A DNA stretch of 32,000 nucleotides from Opitutales bacterium (GTDB taxonomy: Bacteria; Verrucomicrobiota; Verrucomicrobiia; Opitutales; PNEW01). Position numbers and translations under genes: made by a program. This document shows positions 15,985 to 24,179 of this stretch, piece after piece. The notes below the pieces were generated by a model. The model saw only the letters and a list, made by a program, of their open reading frames with translations. It made no database searches and was not told where the DNA came from. The DNA is taken from the NCBI GenBank assembly GCA_965219535.1, contig CBDCNV010000002.1:2280001-2312000 (forward strand), given 5' to 3'. The stretch's first letter is position 1; every line of letters starts with the position of its first letter.

Positions 15985-17160
15985 ATGAGCACGGATCAGC
16001 CACCGACTAAGTCTTACCGTGCCACGTCCTTTGCCGATGCACTGCCCGAGCTGGCGGCGAAAGGAGCCACGCCGGAGCGGCTGGCTCACCTGGAGGAACA
16101 TGGCTTCGTTATCATCAATGATTTTGTCGATAACCCGTGGATCCCGATTCTCCGCGAAGCAGGGCGTCGCGTAACGGTGGCGTGCCAGCCGGAACAAGAG
16201 TACAGTAAGATCAACTGCTCAAAAGGTTATGTTCACCGGACTGAAAATTGGGAGCCTTGGGCGATCCGTGGCATCATTCATCCCGCTTTCGGGGAGCCAT
16301 GCTTTGCTGAGTTCCAGGGTTCTGAAGATTTTCTGGGCTTCGTCCATTCCTGGTGTCAAGGGCTCAGTCCTGAAGATATGGTGCTAGGTGACATGCTGCT
16401 CTGGTGCAATCCGCGGCAGCACGAAAACGGACCGAGTTGGCACCGGGACGCTACGTGGTGGGGCGACGGGAAGCCCTACTTTTCGCAGGAGGCAGAGGGG
16501 ATATATACCCCTGAGGATTACGCCGAGGAGATCGAAAAAATTCGCTGGGAAGAAATCCGCGCCAACCATAAAAAATTAATCGCGGAGCGCGACAACGTGT
16601 CCATATTCCTTGCACTGGCCGACGACGAGTGCCACGAGCTCATACCGGGCAGCCACAATCGCTGGCGCACCCCATTTGAGCACGACGTGCTTCTGCCGAA
16701 AACGATGAAGGATCAGGGGGTGCCGCACACGCCGAGCTGGGATGGCATCTCACCGCTGCCCAATCAGGTGGCGATCCGGCTCAAGGCTGGAGAAGCGTTC
16801 ATTCGCATAGGGTCGACGATCCACACTGGGCACACCGTGCCCGATCGTGAGCGAAACAGCTTGTTAGTCAGCTGGAGCAAGTGGTCGGGTCCACCCAGTG
16901 ATGAGCCACCCGTGGCCGATGCACGCAAAGCCTGGCAGCTGGATCCGACGGTGCGGGAAGCGCTGCCCTACGCTTGGATGCGGACCACATGGGACCGCTG
17001 GGTGGAGACCTTTCAGCTGGGGAATACGCTCGAAGACCGTTATGCGGAGTTTGATATCGAGCGCATCAAAGCCGGTGAGGTAGTGGGCTGGTGCAGTGAG
17101 CTCGAGCGACAAGCCGCCGCAGCCGGCGAAACTTGGAAACCGTTCCAAAACGTGAAATAA
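15985..17160 (+). CDS. divergent PhyH-like Fe(II)/2-oxoglutarate-dependent oxygenase
   Basis: N-terminal LEEHGFVIINDFV, WHRDATWW (H-x-D), HELIPGSHNRW, a distal His in GSTIHTGH, and RNSLLVSW. At 391 aa it is larger than the other PhyH paralogues and has an acidic insertion. Confidence 0.65.
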   Translation: MSTDQPPTKSYRATSFADALPELAAKGATPERLAHLEEHGFVIINDFVDNPWIPILREAGRRVTVACQPEQEYSKINCSKGYVHRTENWEPWAIRGIIHPAFGEPCFAEFQGSEDFLGFVHSWCQGLSPEDMVLGDMLLWCNPRQHENGPSWHRDATWWGDGKPYFSQEAEGIYTPEDYAEEIEKIRWEEIRANHKKLIAERDNVSIFLALADDECHELIPGSHNRWRTPFEHDVLLPKTMKDQGVPHTPSWDGISPLPNQVAIRLKAGEAFIRIGSTIHTGHTVPDRERNSLLVSWSKWSGPPSDEPPVADARKAWQLDPTVREALPYAWMRTTWDRWVETFQLGNTLEDRYAEFDIERIKAGEVVGWCSELERQAAAAGETWKPFQNVK

Positions 17161-17186
17161 CACGACGAAAACTAGAAAGATCCACA

Positions 17187-18356
17187 ATGTATGAGATTGG
17201 AACAAAGGAACTGGACGCCGTAGAACGCGTTCTGACAAAAGGTAAATTCTTTCGCTACGGCGGTACGGAAACAGTTGAGTTCGAAAAAGAATGGGCGGAA
17301 CTGATCGGCGTGAAGTCGGCAGTTGCGGTCACATCGGGTACAGCTGCGCTCATAACCAGTTTGAAAGCGATGGGAATCGGCCCGGGTGACTCTGTCCTCG
17401 TTCCGGGATATACGTTCATTGCGACCGCCCTCGCAGTGACAGCTGTTGGAGCAATTCCCATATATACGGAAGTAGATGAAACTCTCACGATCTGCCCCGT
17501 CGATATGGAGCACAAGATAGAGAAGCACACAGCTTGCGTTATACCGGTGCACATGCAGGGCATGCCTTGCAACATGCGGGCAATACGACAGATCGTAAAA
17601 GCAAAAAACGTCCTTATTCTCGAAGATTGTTGTCAAGCCCTTGGCGGCAGTTACGGAAAGAAACGGCTTGGGGCAATTGGCGACATGGGCGCCTACAGCT
17701 TTAATCAGTATAAAATTGTCACCGGTGGCGAGGGTGGGGTATGCGTGACATCGAAAAAGATATATGGAGAACGGGCATACATGGCGCACGACGGGAGCTG
17801 CAGCGTCTGGCCGGAAACCGGCAAAATGAGCGAAGCCTTTTTCTGCGGCGGTAACTTCAGATTTAATGAAATCAACGCCGCGATTACCAGAGAGCAGATT
17901 AAACGGCTCGACCGAATACTGGTCGCTCTTCGTAAAGCACGGTCTACATTCTTGACAGAAATTAATTTGCCGGACGGATTCAAATTCGTAAAAAGCAATG
18001 ATGAAAATGGCAACTGCGGTGTGTGTTTTCTAATCCAGGCTGAGAATATCGACGACGCTAAACGACTTGAAGTAATAATGAGCAAGCATCTCACAGTGCA
18101 CCGTCCGATCAACTCGGGTCGACATGTGTATTCAGCCTGGGGCGTGATTAATGGTAAGGTTGGGGGACACAGTCCGGCCTGGGACTGTTTTCGCCATCCC
18201 AAGAACAGGAAGATCAAGACCAACTACCGGCGTCCGTTAAGGCAGACAGACGACTACCTGAAACGCACGGTTCTATGTAATACTCCTTATGGTTGGAACA
18301 AACGGAATACTGGAAAGGCAATCGAAACAATTAACAGGCAAATAGCAAAGCTGTAA
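17187..18356 (+). CDS. DegT/DnrJ/EryC1/StrS family PLP-dependent aminotransferase
   Basis: VAVTSGTAALITSL, VPGYTFIATA, LILEDCCQALGG and SFNQYKIVTGGEGG (PLP lysine). The start is set at the ATG at 17187, after the upstream stop at 17160. Confidence 0.88.
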   Translation: MYEIGTKELDAVERVLTKGKFFRYGGTETVEFEKEWAELIGVKSAVAVTSGTAALITSLKAMGIGPGDSVLVPGYTFIATALAVTAVGAIPIYTEVDETLTICPVDMEHKIEKHTACVIPVHMQGMPCNMRAIRQIVKAKNVLILEDCCQALGGSYGKKRLGAIGDMGAYSFNQYKIVTGGEGGVCVTSKKIYGERAYMAHDGSCSVWPETGKMSEAFFCGGNFRFNEINAAITREQIKRLDRILVALRKARSTFLTEINLPDGFKFVKSNDENGNCGVCFLIQAENIDDAKRLEVIMSKHLTVHRPINSGRHVYSAWGVINGKVGGHSPAWDCFRHPKNRKIKTNYRRPLRQTDDYLKRTVLCNTPYGWNKRNTGKAIETINRQIAKL

Positions 18357-18376
18357 CTGATATATAGACACAAGTC

Positions 18377-19252
18377 ATGAGTGGAACCATAATTTGCGGA
18401 TACGATGTCGAGACCGCGTCAGACAACACGATCGGATTTCTCGAGGGCGCAGAGGAACTTCACGATAGATTGGGAGTGCCGTGGACGATCTACCTCACGG
18501 GGACAACCCTTGAAAAGCATAGTGAGATGATTAGCCGGATGGTTGACAATCCTCTGTTGACTATTGGTCAACACACCTATAGCCACATGCTTCTCAAATC
18601 TATCTACATGACGCCCGGTGATGGCAAACCGGTGCACAATTCCTATCCGAACTTCTTCAAAAAGGGAGGATCACTGCCGGAGATACGTGAGGAAATTGAA
18701 AAGACCCAGGTACTTATGCACAACCTGTTGGGCGTCGAGTGCCACGGAATGACCGCACCTTGGTGTTACTACAGAGGGCTGGCCGACCGACCGGATCTTC
18801 TGGAGATCCTGAGCGACAACGGCATCCAATGGATTCGTTCAAACGCGCGTGACTCTCGCGACTGTCAGCCAACGCCTTTCACCGAGCAGCCCTATTTCTA
18901 CGCGGATCAAGGATTTCCAGATATTTTGGAACTCGGTGTGCAGGGATATCAGGATGATTTCTACTGGGACCGGTTCGACGACCGTCGTTACGGAGACAGT
19001 TATAGGGACTATCTATTTGCGATGCTTCAAGAGGTGTCGGAAAAGAATTGGGTCTGGAATATATGCAGTCACGACCACGACACCTCAAGCAAGGAGGTAT
19101 TCCACGAAACTAAAGGAAAGTGGATTCGAGAATTGTTGGAACGTGCAGCGGATCTTGGGATCAGGTTTCTTTCTCCTGACGAACTCTACGAGGAAATGAA
19201 AAGCGCTAACCACGCCGTGCATGCGACGTCAATTGGAGCGTCTGATGACTGA
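18377..19252 (+). CDS. polysaccharide deacetylase (CE4/NodB-like) family protein
   Basis: GYDVET...WTIYLTGTTL...IGQHTYSH resembles the Asp/His metal motifs of NodB-type deacetylases. This is a moderate, memory-based call. Confidence 0.6.
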   Translation: MSGTIICGYDVETASDNTIGFLEGAEELHDRLGVPWTIYLTGTTLEKHSEMISRMVDNPLLTIGQHTYSHMLLKSIYMTPGDGKPVHNSYPNFFKKGGSLPEIREEIEKTQVLMHNLLGVECHGMTAPWCYYRGLADRPDLLEILSDNGIQWIRSNARDSRDCQPTPFTEQPYFYADQGFPDILELGVQGYQDDFYWDRFDDRRYGDSYRDYLFAMLQEVSEKNWVWNICSHDHDTSSKEVFHETKGKWIRELLERAADLGIRFLSPDELYEEMKSANHAVHATSIGASDD

Positions 19253-19322
19253 CGCTCGATGATAAAGATGGAGAACACTTCGATGCCAATACTTTCGGAT
19301 GGCTGTCGCCGATGTTCTCATT

Positions 19323-20492
19323 TCAAATACGCCAGCGATAACCCATCAGCGACACGATCATAATGAGACCGAGACAAGCGATCGCGAGAGCGATGGTCAT
19401 ATCGTGCCAGGATGTAGCGGTGGCCATCAGTCCGATCAGGAGGTAGTAGAGAATCCCGACGATTTCGCGCGCAGTGTTGACGACTGATGTGACTGTAGCG
19501 CGCGCGTGACTTTCTATCGCGTGCTGAAGCCGAGTTTCGAGAATGATTTCCACTACAGCGAATGAAATGACGAACATCGAGAGCATCACCACCATTGCTA
19601 TGTCTCCACCGATTGGCATGAGTATCAGGCATACTGCGCCCGCGAGGTAGAGGAAATTCATGTGACGCAACTGAAACTCGGGGAGCCTTCCCGCCATCCA
19701 CATACCGGCGGCGCGGCAGCCTTGGTAGCCCGCGGTTACAATGCCTATCATCACAAGGGAGAATTCTCTCTCACGCAGAAACGGCCCCACGTATTCCTCG
19801 AAGACGCTATAGAAAGTGCCGACTCCGGCGAAGAGCACGATGATGTAGAGAATGAGGCGTCGCCCAATGGCATGTTTCCAGCCGCTCTGCAGTGTTCGGA
19901 TATAGGATTCACGACGTGCAGTTTCGTGTACTTCCAAGTTTGGCAGCAGCTGCCACGCCAGAAGTGCAGCCACGAGAGGACTTGCAATCGAGAGCATGAG
20001 TGCCGCGCTGTAACCCAGCCATTGACTGATTACGCCGCCGAGCAGTAGTGCCAATGCGACTCCAGTCTCGCCGATCGCGGAACCCCGGCTGTATATGCGG
20101 GTGAAACGCATCTGTTCGTCATTTTTGGAGAGTCCATCGTAGAGCAGGGCTTGGATGGTCCCGGACATTATCGTGTCGCCCACCCCCCAGCAGATGAAAC
20201 CTACCATGAAGCCGAAAAAATTTGGTATCGTGAGCCAGATGGAAAAAGAGATAGATTTTAGCACACAGGAGACGAGAACCAGTTGCTTACGCGGCATTCG
20301 GTCGCCCAGGACTCCCAGCGGCACCTCCAGAACGACGACGGATCCCGACCAGATGATAAACAGCAGTGAGAGCTCGATGGGTGTAATGCCGCCCTCGGCC
20401 ATCATCACCGCGTAGACCGGATAGATCGGTATCAGATCAAAGAAGAACTGAAGGCTGTACCAACCACGCTCGAGCTTTTTGGTCGAAGACAT
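19323..20492 (-). CDS. MFS transporter
   Basis: About 12 hydrophobic segments and an MFS motif-A-like GVLGDRMPRKQL between TM2 and TM3. Confidence 0.85.
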   Translation of the reverse strand: MSSTKKLERGWYSLQFFFDLIPIYPVYAVMMAEGGITPIELSLLFIIWSGSVVVLEVPLGVLGDRMPRKQLVLVSCVLKSISFSIWLTIPNFFGFMVGFICWGVGDTIMSGTIQALLYDGLSKNDEQMRFTRIYSRGSAIGETGVALALLLGGVISQWLGYSAALMLSIASPLVAALLAWQLLPNLEVHETARRESYIRTLQSGWKHAIGRRLILYIIVLFAGVGTFYSVFEEYVGPFLREREFSLVMIGIVTAGYQGCRAAGMWMAGRLPEFQLRHMNFLYLAGAVCLILMPIGGDIAMVVMLSMFVISFAVVEIILETRLQHAIESHARATVTSVVNTAREIVGILYYLLIGLMATATSWHDMTIALAIACLGLIMIVSLMGYRWRI

Positions 20493-20512
20493 TCAATTAA
20501 AGGTAACTAAAA

Positions 20513-20656
20513 GGGGTAGGTTGTGTATCTATAAATTGTCAGGAATCTAAAATGAAATAGACAGTTGAATGAACAAAAAATACTAATTTCATTAGTATTC
20601 AAATATTTATTGAAACGTAATCTAAGTTGAGATCTATAAATACACAGCCTGACCAC
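20513..20656. mobile_element. 144-bp MITE-like element with imperfect terminal inverted repeats related to the P-module 5' end
   Basis: GGGGTAGGTTGTGTATCTATAAAT (20513-20536) compared with the reverse complement of ATCTATAAATACACAGCCTGACCAC (20632-20656) gives roughly 19 of 23 matches with one indel. The interior is AT-rich and contains a 9-bp hairpin, aatactaat/attagtatt. Confidence 0.5.
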
Positions 20657-20754
20657 ATTTGACTACAACTGTGGGACTCGATACTGAAATTTAAGATTTA
20701 ATATGATAGGAATAGCAGTATGAATTCTCCTTCATTAATTATATTTAATTATTC

Positions 20755-21258
20755 ATGTCAGAAGTGCTAAAAGTTGTCATTTTAATGGGGGTCAGTGGTT
20801 GCGGTAAATCTGAAGTAGGAAAAATTCTAGCAGAAATGATTGGAGGATCATTTATTGAAGGGGACGAATTTCATCCTCCTGCCAATATACAAAAAATGAG
20901 TCAGAGTATTCCTCTCGATGATACCGATAGAAAAGTTTGGCTTGAGACATTGAGAAAACTCGTCGACAAACAGCTGGAACTGCCGGGATATAGCGTGTTA
21001 GCCTGTTCAGCCTTAAAAGCTGACTACCGCAGTTTATTAGGCTGCAACGACCCGAGAGTAAAATTGGTCTATCTTAAAGGATTACAGCCGTTAATAAAAA
21101 AACGTCTGGTAGAAAGAAAAGGGCATTATATGAAACAATCGTTATTAGACAGCCAGTTTGATACTCTTGAGGAACCCTCAGATGCACTGGTGGTCGATAT
21201 TTCAACAACACCTGAAAGTATTGCTTCAATAATAGAGGGAGAGTTAAAGAAAATTTAA
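20755..21258 (+). CDS. gntK: gluconokinase
   Basis: P-loop GVSGCGKSEVG followed by EGDEFHPPANIQKMSQSIPLDDTDRKVWL, the typical GntK/IdnK signature. Confidence 0.85.
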   Translation: MSEVLKVVILMGVSGCGKSEVGKILAEMIGGSFIEGDEFHPPANIQKMSQSIPLDDTDRKVWLETLRKLVDKQLELPGYSVLACSALKADYRSLLGCNDPRVKLVYLKGLQPLIKKRLVERKGHYMKQSLLDSQFDTLEEPSDALVVDISTTPESIASIIEGELKKI

Positions 21259-21304
21259 ATCCTTTTGACTTTTGGACTTATTGATCTTTTGACTCATCCA
21301 TAAT

Positions 21305-22227
21305 ATGGAAAATAAATTTCGCGGTGTATACGTTATTCTGGTCACACCTTTTTATGAAGATGGCAGTATTGATGAAGAGTCTCTTCGTTCGGTTATTGAT
21401 TTCAGTATTGATGCGGGTGCGCACGGGGTGGTAGTTCCCGCGAATGTCAGTGAATTTTTCGCGCTCTCTGATGAAGAGCGTTTACTTGTGAGTCGTATTG
21501 TTTGTGAACAAGCGAATGGACGAATCCCGGTTGTCCTCGCCGCTAACGGAGTGTCTGCACACGCAGCCGCAGAGTTGACGAAGGCTATGAACGGCCTGGG
21601 CGCCGATGGGATTATGGCGATGGCACCACCAATCAAGCCCCTGCAGAGCGAGGGGATATATCGCTATTTTGAAGCCATTGGTGCAGCAACCGAAGTTCCC
21701 GTTATTGTTCAAAATTCCATTTTCGTCGGCTCACCGATGAGCCCGGAATTTATGGCGCGTCTCATCGATGAGATTGAACATATTCATTATATCAAGGAGG
21801 AATCTCTTTCCTGCACGCATGTGGAATCAAAACTTTTCGAGCTTGTTCAGCATAAAGAAAAACTGCACGGGATATTCGGTGGGTTAGCCGGCCGGCACAT
21901 GATGAACGAGATGGCGAGGGGGTGTGCGGGACGATGCCGGCTTGCGATATTCCGGACGTGCATGCAGCGATCTGGAACACTTATGAGCGTGGTGATGCTG
22001 AAGAGGCAAGGCGTTTATTCGATCGCTTGCTTCCTCTCCTGAATATGCAATCTCTCTACCCGTTGCAGCTTTATAAGGAAGTACTCAGACGTCGCGGTGT
22101 TATTCGAAGCGCGAGAATCCGAAATCATTTTCAATCAGCCATGGACGCAATTGATCATCAAGAGATTGATGTTATTCTCTCCGCTATTGAAGACTTGATG
22201 ACAGTGACGGGTAAGTTTAAAAACTAG
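21305..22227 (+). pseudogene. dihydrodipicolinate synthase/N-acetylneuraminate lyase (DapA) family aldolase, interrupted by a 1-nt frameshift
   Basis: ORF 21305-22042 carries the N-terminal two thirds (VTPFYEDGSIDEESL, Schiff-base Lys in HYIKEES). ORF 21922-22227 carries the C-terminal third (MPACDIPDVHAAIWNTYERGDAEEARRLFDRLLPLL) in another frame. The switch lies within 21917-21931, next to a G5 run. Confidence 0.8.
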
Positions 22228-22363
22228 GATTCAGTTCGACAGGTGAGATACCATTTCAAGCTTTCGTTGCCCGGTTGTGATCGCAGTTTGGGTGTGGGAA
22301 TGACGAATTTTCCGGCGTGGGTATTCTTCCTCTTAGGGCGGAAGAGAAATCCACCTGAATTAT

Positions 22364-23584
22364 TTATAATGACGGTTTCGTTATGAATGTTTGTAAGGAA
22401 TTTTCATCGATATCTATTCCTAAACCAGGTTTGTCAGTAGCTGGAAATGCTCCATTTTCAGGTTCGAAAGGGTGGGCTAAATATTGAGACTTCATTTTAC
22501 TGCCCTGCTCGGAGTGTTCCATGATAAGAAAGTTTGGAGTCGCAATTGAAAATTGTACTGTAGCAGCTACTGATAATATTCCTCCACCTCCAACATGAGG
22601 AGCAACAGGAATATTATAGAGGTCGGCAATTGCACCGATTTGTTTAGCTCCCGTTAATCCTGTACGCGCAATGTCAGGCATAGAGATATCATAGGCTCTT
22701 TTCTCAAATATTTCACGCATTTCATATTTCGTTCTCGTCCATTCTCCATTCGCGATAGGAATATCTAAAGCCTGGCAAATTTTTACTTGTCCCGGTATGT
22801 CATTGGGATCTGACGGGGCTTCCAACCAATATACATTTAGTTTTTCAAGTTGCCTACCCAACCTGATTGCCTGGTGGGTGTTAAACATCATATGTACATC
22901 AAGCATCAAATCGATATCATTCCCGACTGCTTTTCTTACCTGGGAAACAATTTCTACTGTATCTTCCAGGTTTTCCCTTAGATGGAGTTTTAAAGCTTTG
23001 TAACCCTTGGCTATTGAAGAGTGTGCCATCTCTGCAACCTTGTTTGGGTCTCTCCCCCCGATTCCGTTGTAGAGTTTGATCGAATCGCGGTGTCTGCCAC
23101 CCATTAATTTATGGGTTGGCATTTTGAGAGTTTTTCCAATTGCGTCCCAAATGGCTATATCTACACCTGAGATGGCATCGATATAGAATCCCGTGTAATG
23201 GCCCCGCTCTTTCATCGCGGTAAAATTATTATTCCAGATTGCTTCTACATCAAAGATGTCGGCATTGATAGTCAGTGGATAAACCAGATCCTTTATTATT
23301 GTCGCGGTTGTATTTGGAGATACAGGTGATTGAGATTCTCCCCAACCAATAATTCCGTCTGAAGTTTCGACCTTTACGACCGTGGTCTGGTGAAATTTAG
23401 AATAGATAGAAGTATGATTAGTTTCGTCTATGAAATGATCACCTAAATCTTTAATTGGAGGACGCTCTGATTCACCTCCGAAGCTTTGATCAGATTCTTG
23501 CTTTACTTTTATATCGGAAGAAGGTGGTTCGCTCAGATCATTTTTCAATCTGATAGGGTAAGCTTTGATATCTACAATTTTCAT
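22364..23584 (-). CDS. mandelate racemase/muconate lactonizing enzyme (enolase superfamily) protein, probable sugar-acid dehydratase
   Basis: DGIIGWGE, DAISGVDIAIWDAIGK...KLMGG, metal-ligand regions DLMLDVH, YWLEAP and IANGEW. The gene is AT-rich. There is a long extra segment between residues ~15 and ~60. Confidence 0.88.
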   Translation of the reverse strand: MKIVDIKAYPIRLKNDLSEPPSSDIKVKQESDQSFGGESERPPIKDLGDHFIDETNHTSIYSKFHQTTVVKVETSDGIIGWGESQSPVSPNTTATIIKDLVYPLTINADIFDVEAIWNNNFTAMKERGHYTGFYIDAISGVDIAIWDAIGKTLKMPTHKLMGGRHRDSIKLYNGIGGRDPNKVAEMAHSSIAKGYKALKLHLRENLEDTVEIVSQVRKAVGNDIDLMLDVHMMFNTHQAIRLGRQLEKLNVYWLEAPSDPNDIPGQVKICQALDIPIANGEWTRTKYEMREIFEKRAYDISMPDIARTGLTGAKQIGAIADLYNIPVAPHVGGGGILSVAATVQFSIATPNFLIMEHSEQGSKMKSQYLAHPFEPENGAFPATDKPGLGIDIDENSLQTFITKPSL

Positions 23585-23754
23585 GATGCAAGTATAATTA
23601 AAATGTCTTTGTTGTGCTCAGTTTTCGGCGGGGTAGGGGATTGTCGAATGTCGAGTGGCCCTCGGTGATTTCAGATTAACAAGAATGATATATTGTTTAA
23701 AAACCCCTTTTGTGCTTTTGTAAGATGTTAGGCGCAGCCTTCGGTAGTTGCTAT

Positions 23755-23792
23755 CTCAATCGCAAATCGCCAATCGAAAATCCACAATTGAG
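23755..23792 (+). repeat. second copy of the CAATC-rich motif seen at 2491-2532
   Basis: tctcaatcgcaaatcgccaatcgaaaatccacaattga. It abuts the tRNA fragment. Confidence 0.5.
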
Positions 23793-23793
23793 A

Positions 23794-23818
23794 TGGCGGA
23801 GAGAGGGGGATTCGAACC
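23794..23818 (-). other. orphan 3' fragment of a tRNA gene (T-loop, acceptor 3' strand, CCA), possibly Ser-type
   Basis: The minus strand reads GGTTCGAATCCCCCTCTCTCCGCCA, which is a T-loop TTCGAAT, T-stem 3' strand CCCCC, acceptor TCTCTCC, discriminator G and CCA. Upstream sequence does not supply the matching T-stem, D-arm or anticodon arm. Confidence 0.65.
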
Positions 23819-24179
23819 TATTTGAATCGTTCATCTGCATGCATCTATTTTCAACTTGTTTCTCTAGTCATTATTTATCAGCATTTTATGAAATTTTAAA
23901 AATGCTATTAAATGCAGGTAAAGGCAGCAAAATGAATTATAATTAGCAAATTTTTAGAAAATCTTAACTTTATATTCAGCGTTAGTTTTAGTTACCGTTA
24001 CTAACACTGCTGTGTTCAGGTCTAGTAAATGGAAGTAGGTTATATCTCGATAATTTTCCTTTGTAAATTGTAATCTTTTTGATTGGTCGATTGCTTACTC
24101 GTTTAATAGTTGTTAGTCTAAAAGTCACCGGTTTGATTATCTTGTATCTAAATTAATAAATTCAGCATCCCGATTGGCG

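Noticed and set aside
21305-22227. Programmed ribosomal frameshift in the DapA-family gene
   Set aside because: There is no slippery heptamer or downstream structure, and no precedent in this family. A homopolymer-run indel (mutation or sequencing error) is the simpler explanation.
23794-23868. A possible complete 75-nt tRNA on the minus strand ending in ...TCTCTCCGCCA
   Set aside because: A candidate 5' strand (CTAGAGA) would pair at only 5 of 7 acceptor positions. The 5' half of the T-stem is absent (AATAG instead of GGGGG). No D-arm with conserved GG and no anticodon stem can be drawn. Only the terminal 25 nt look tRNA-like.
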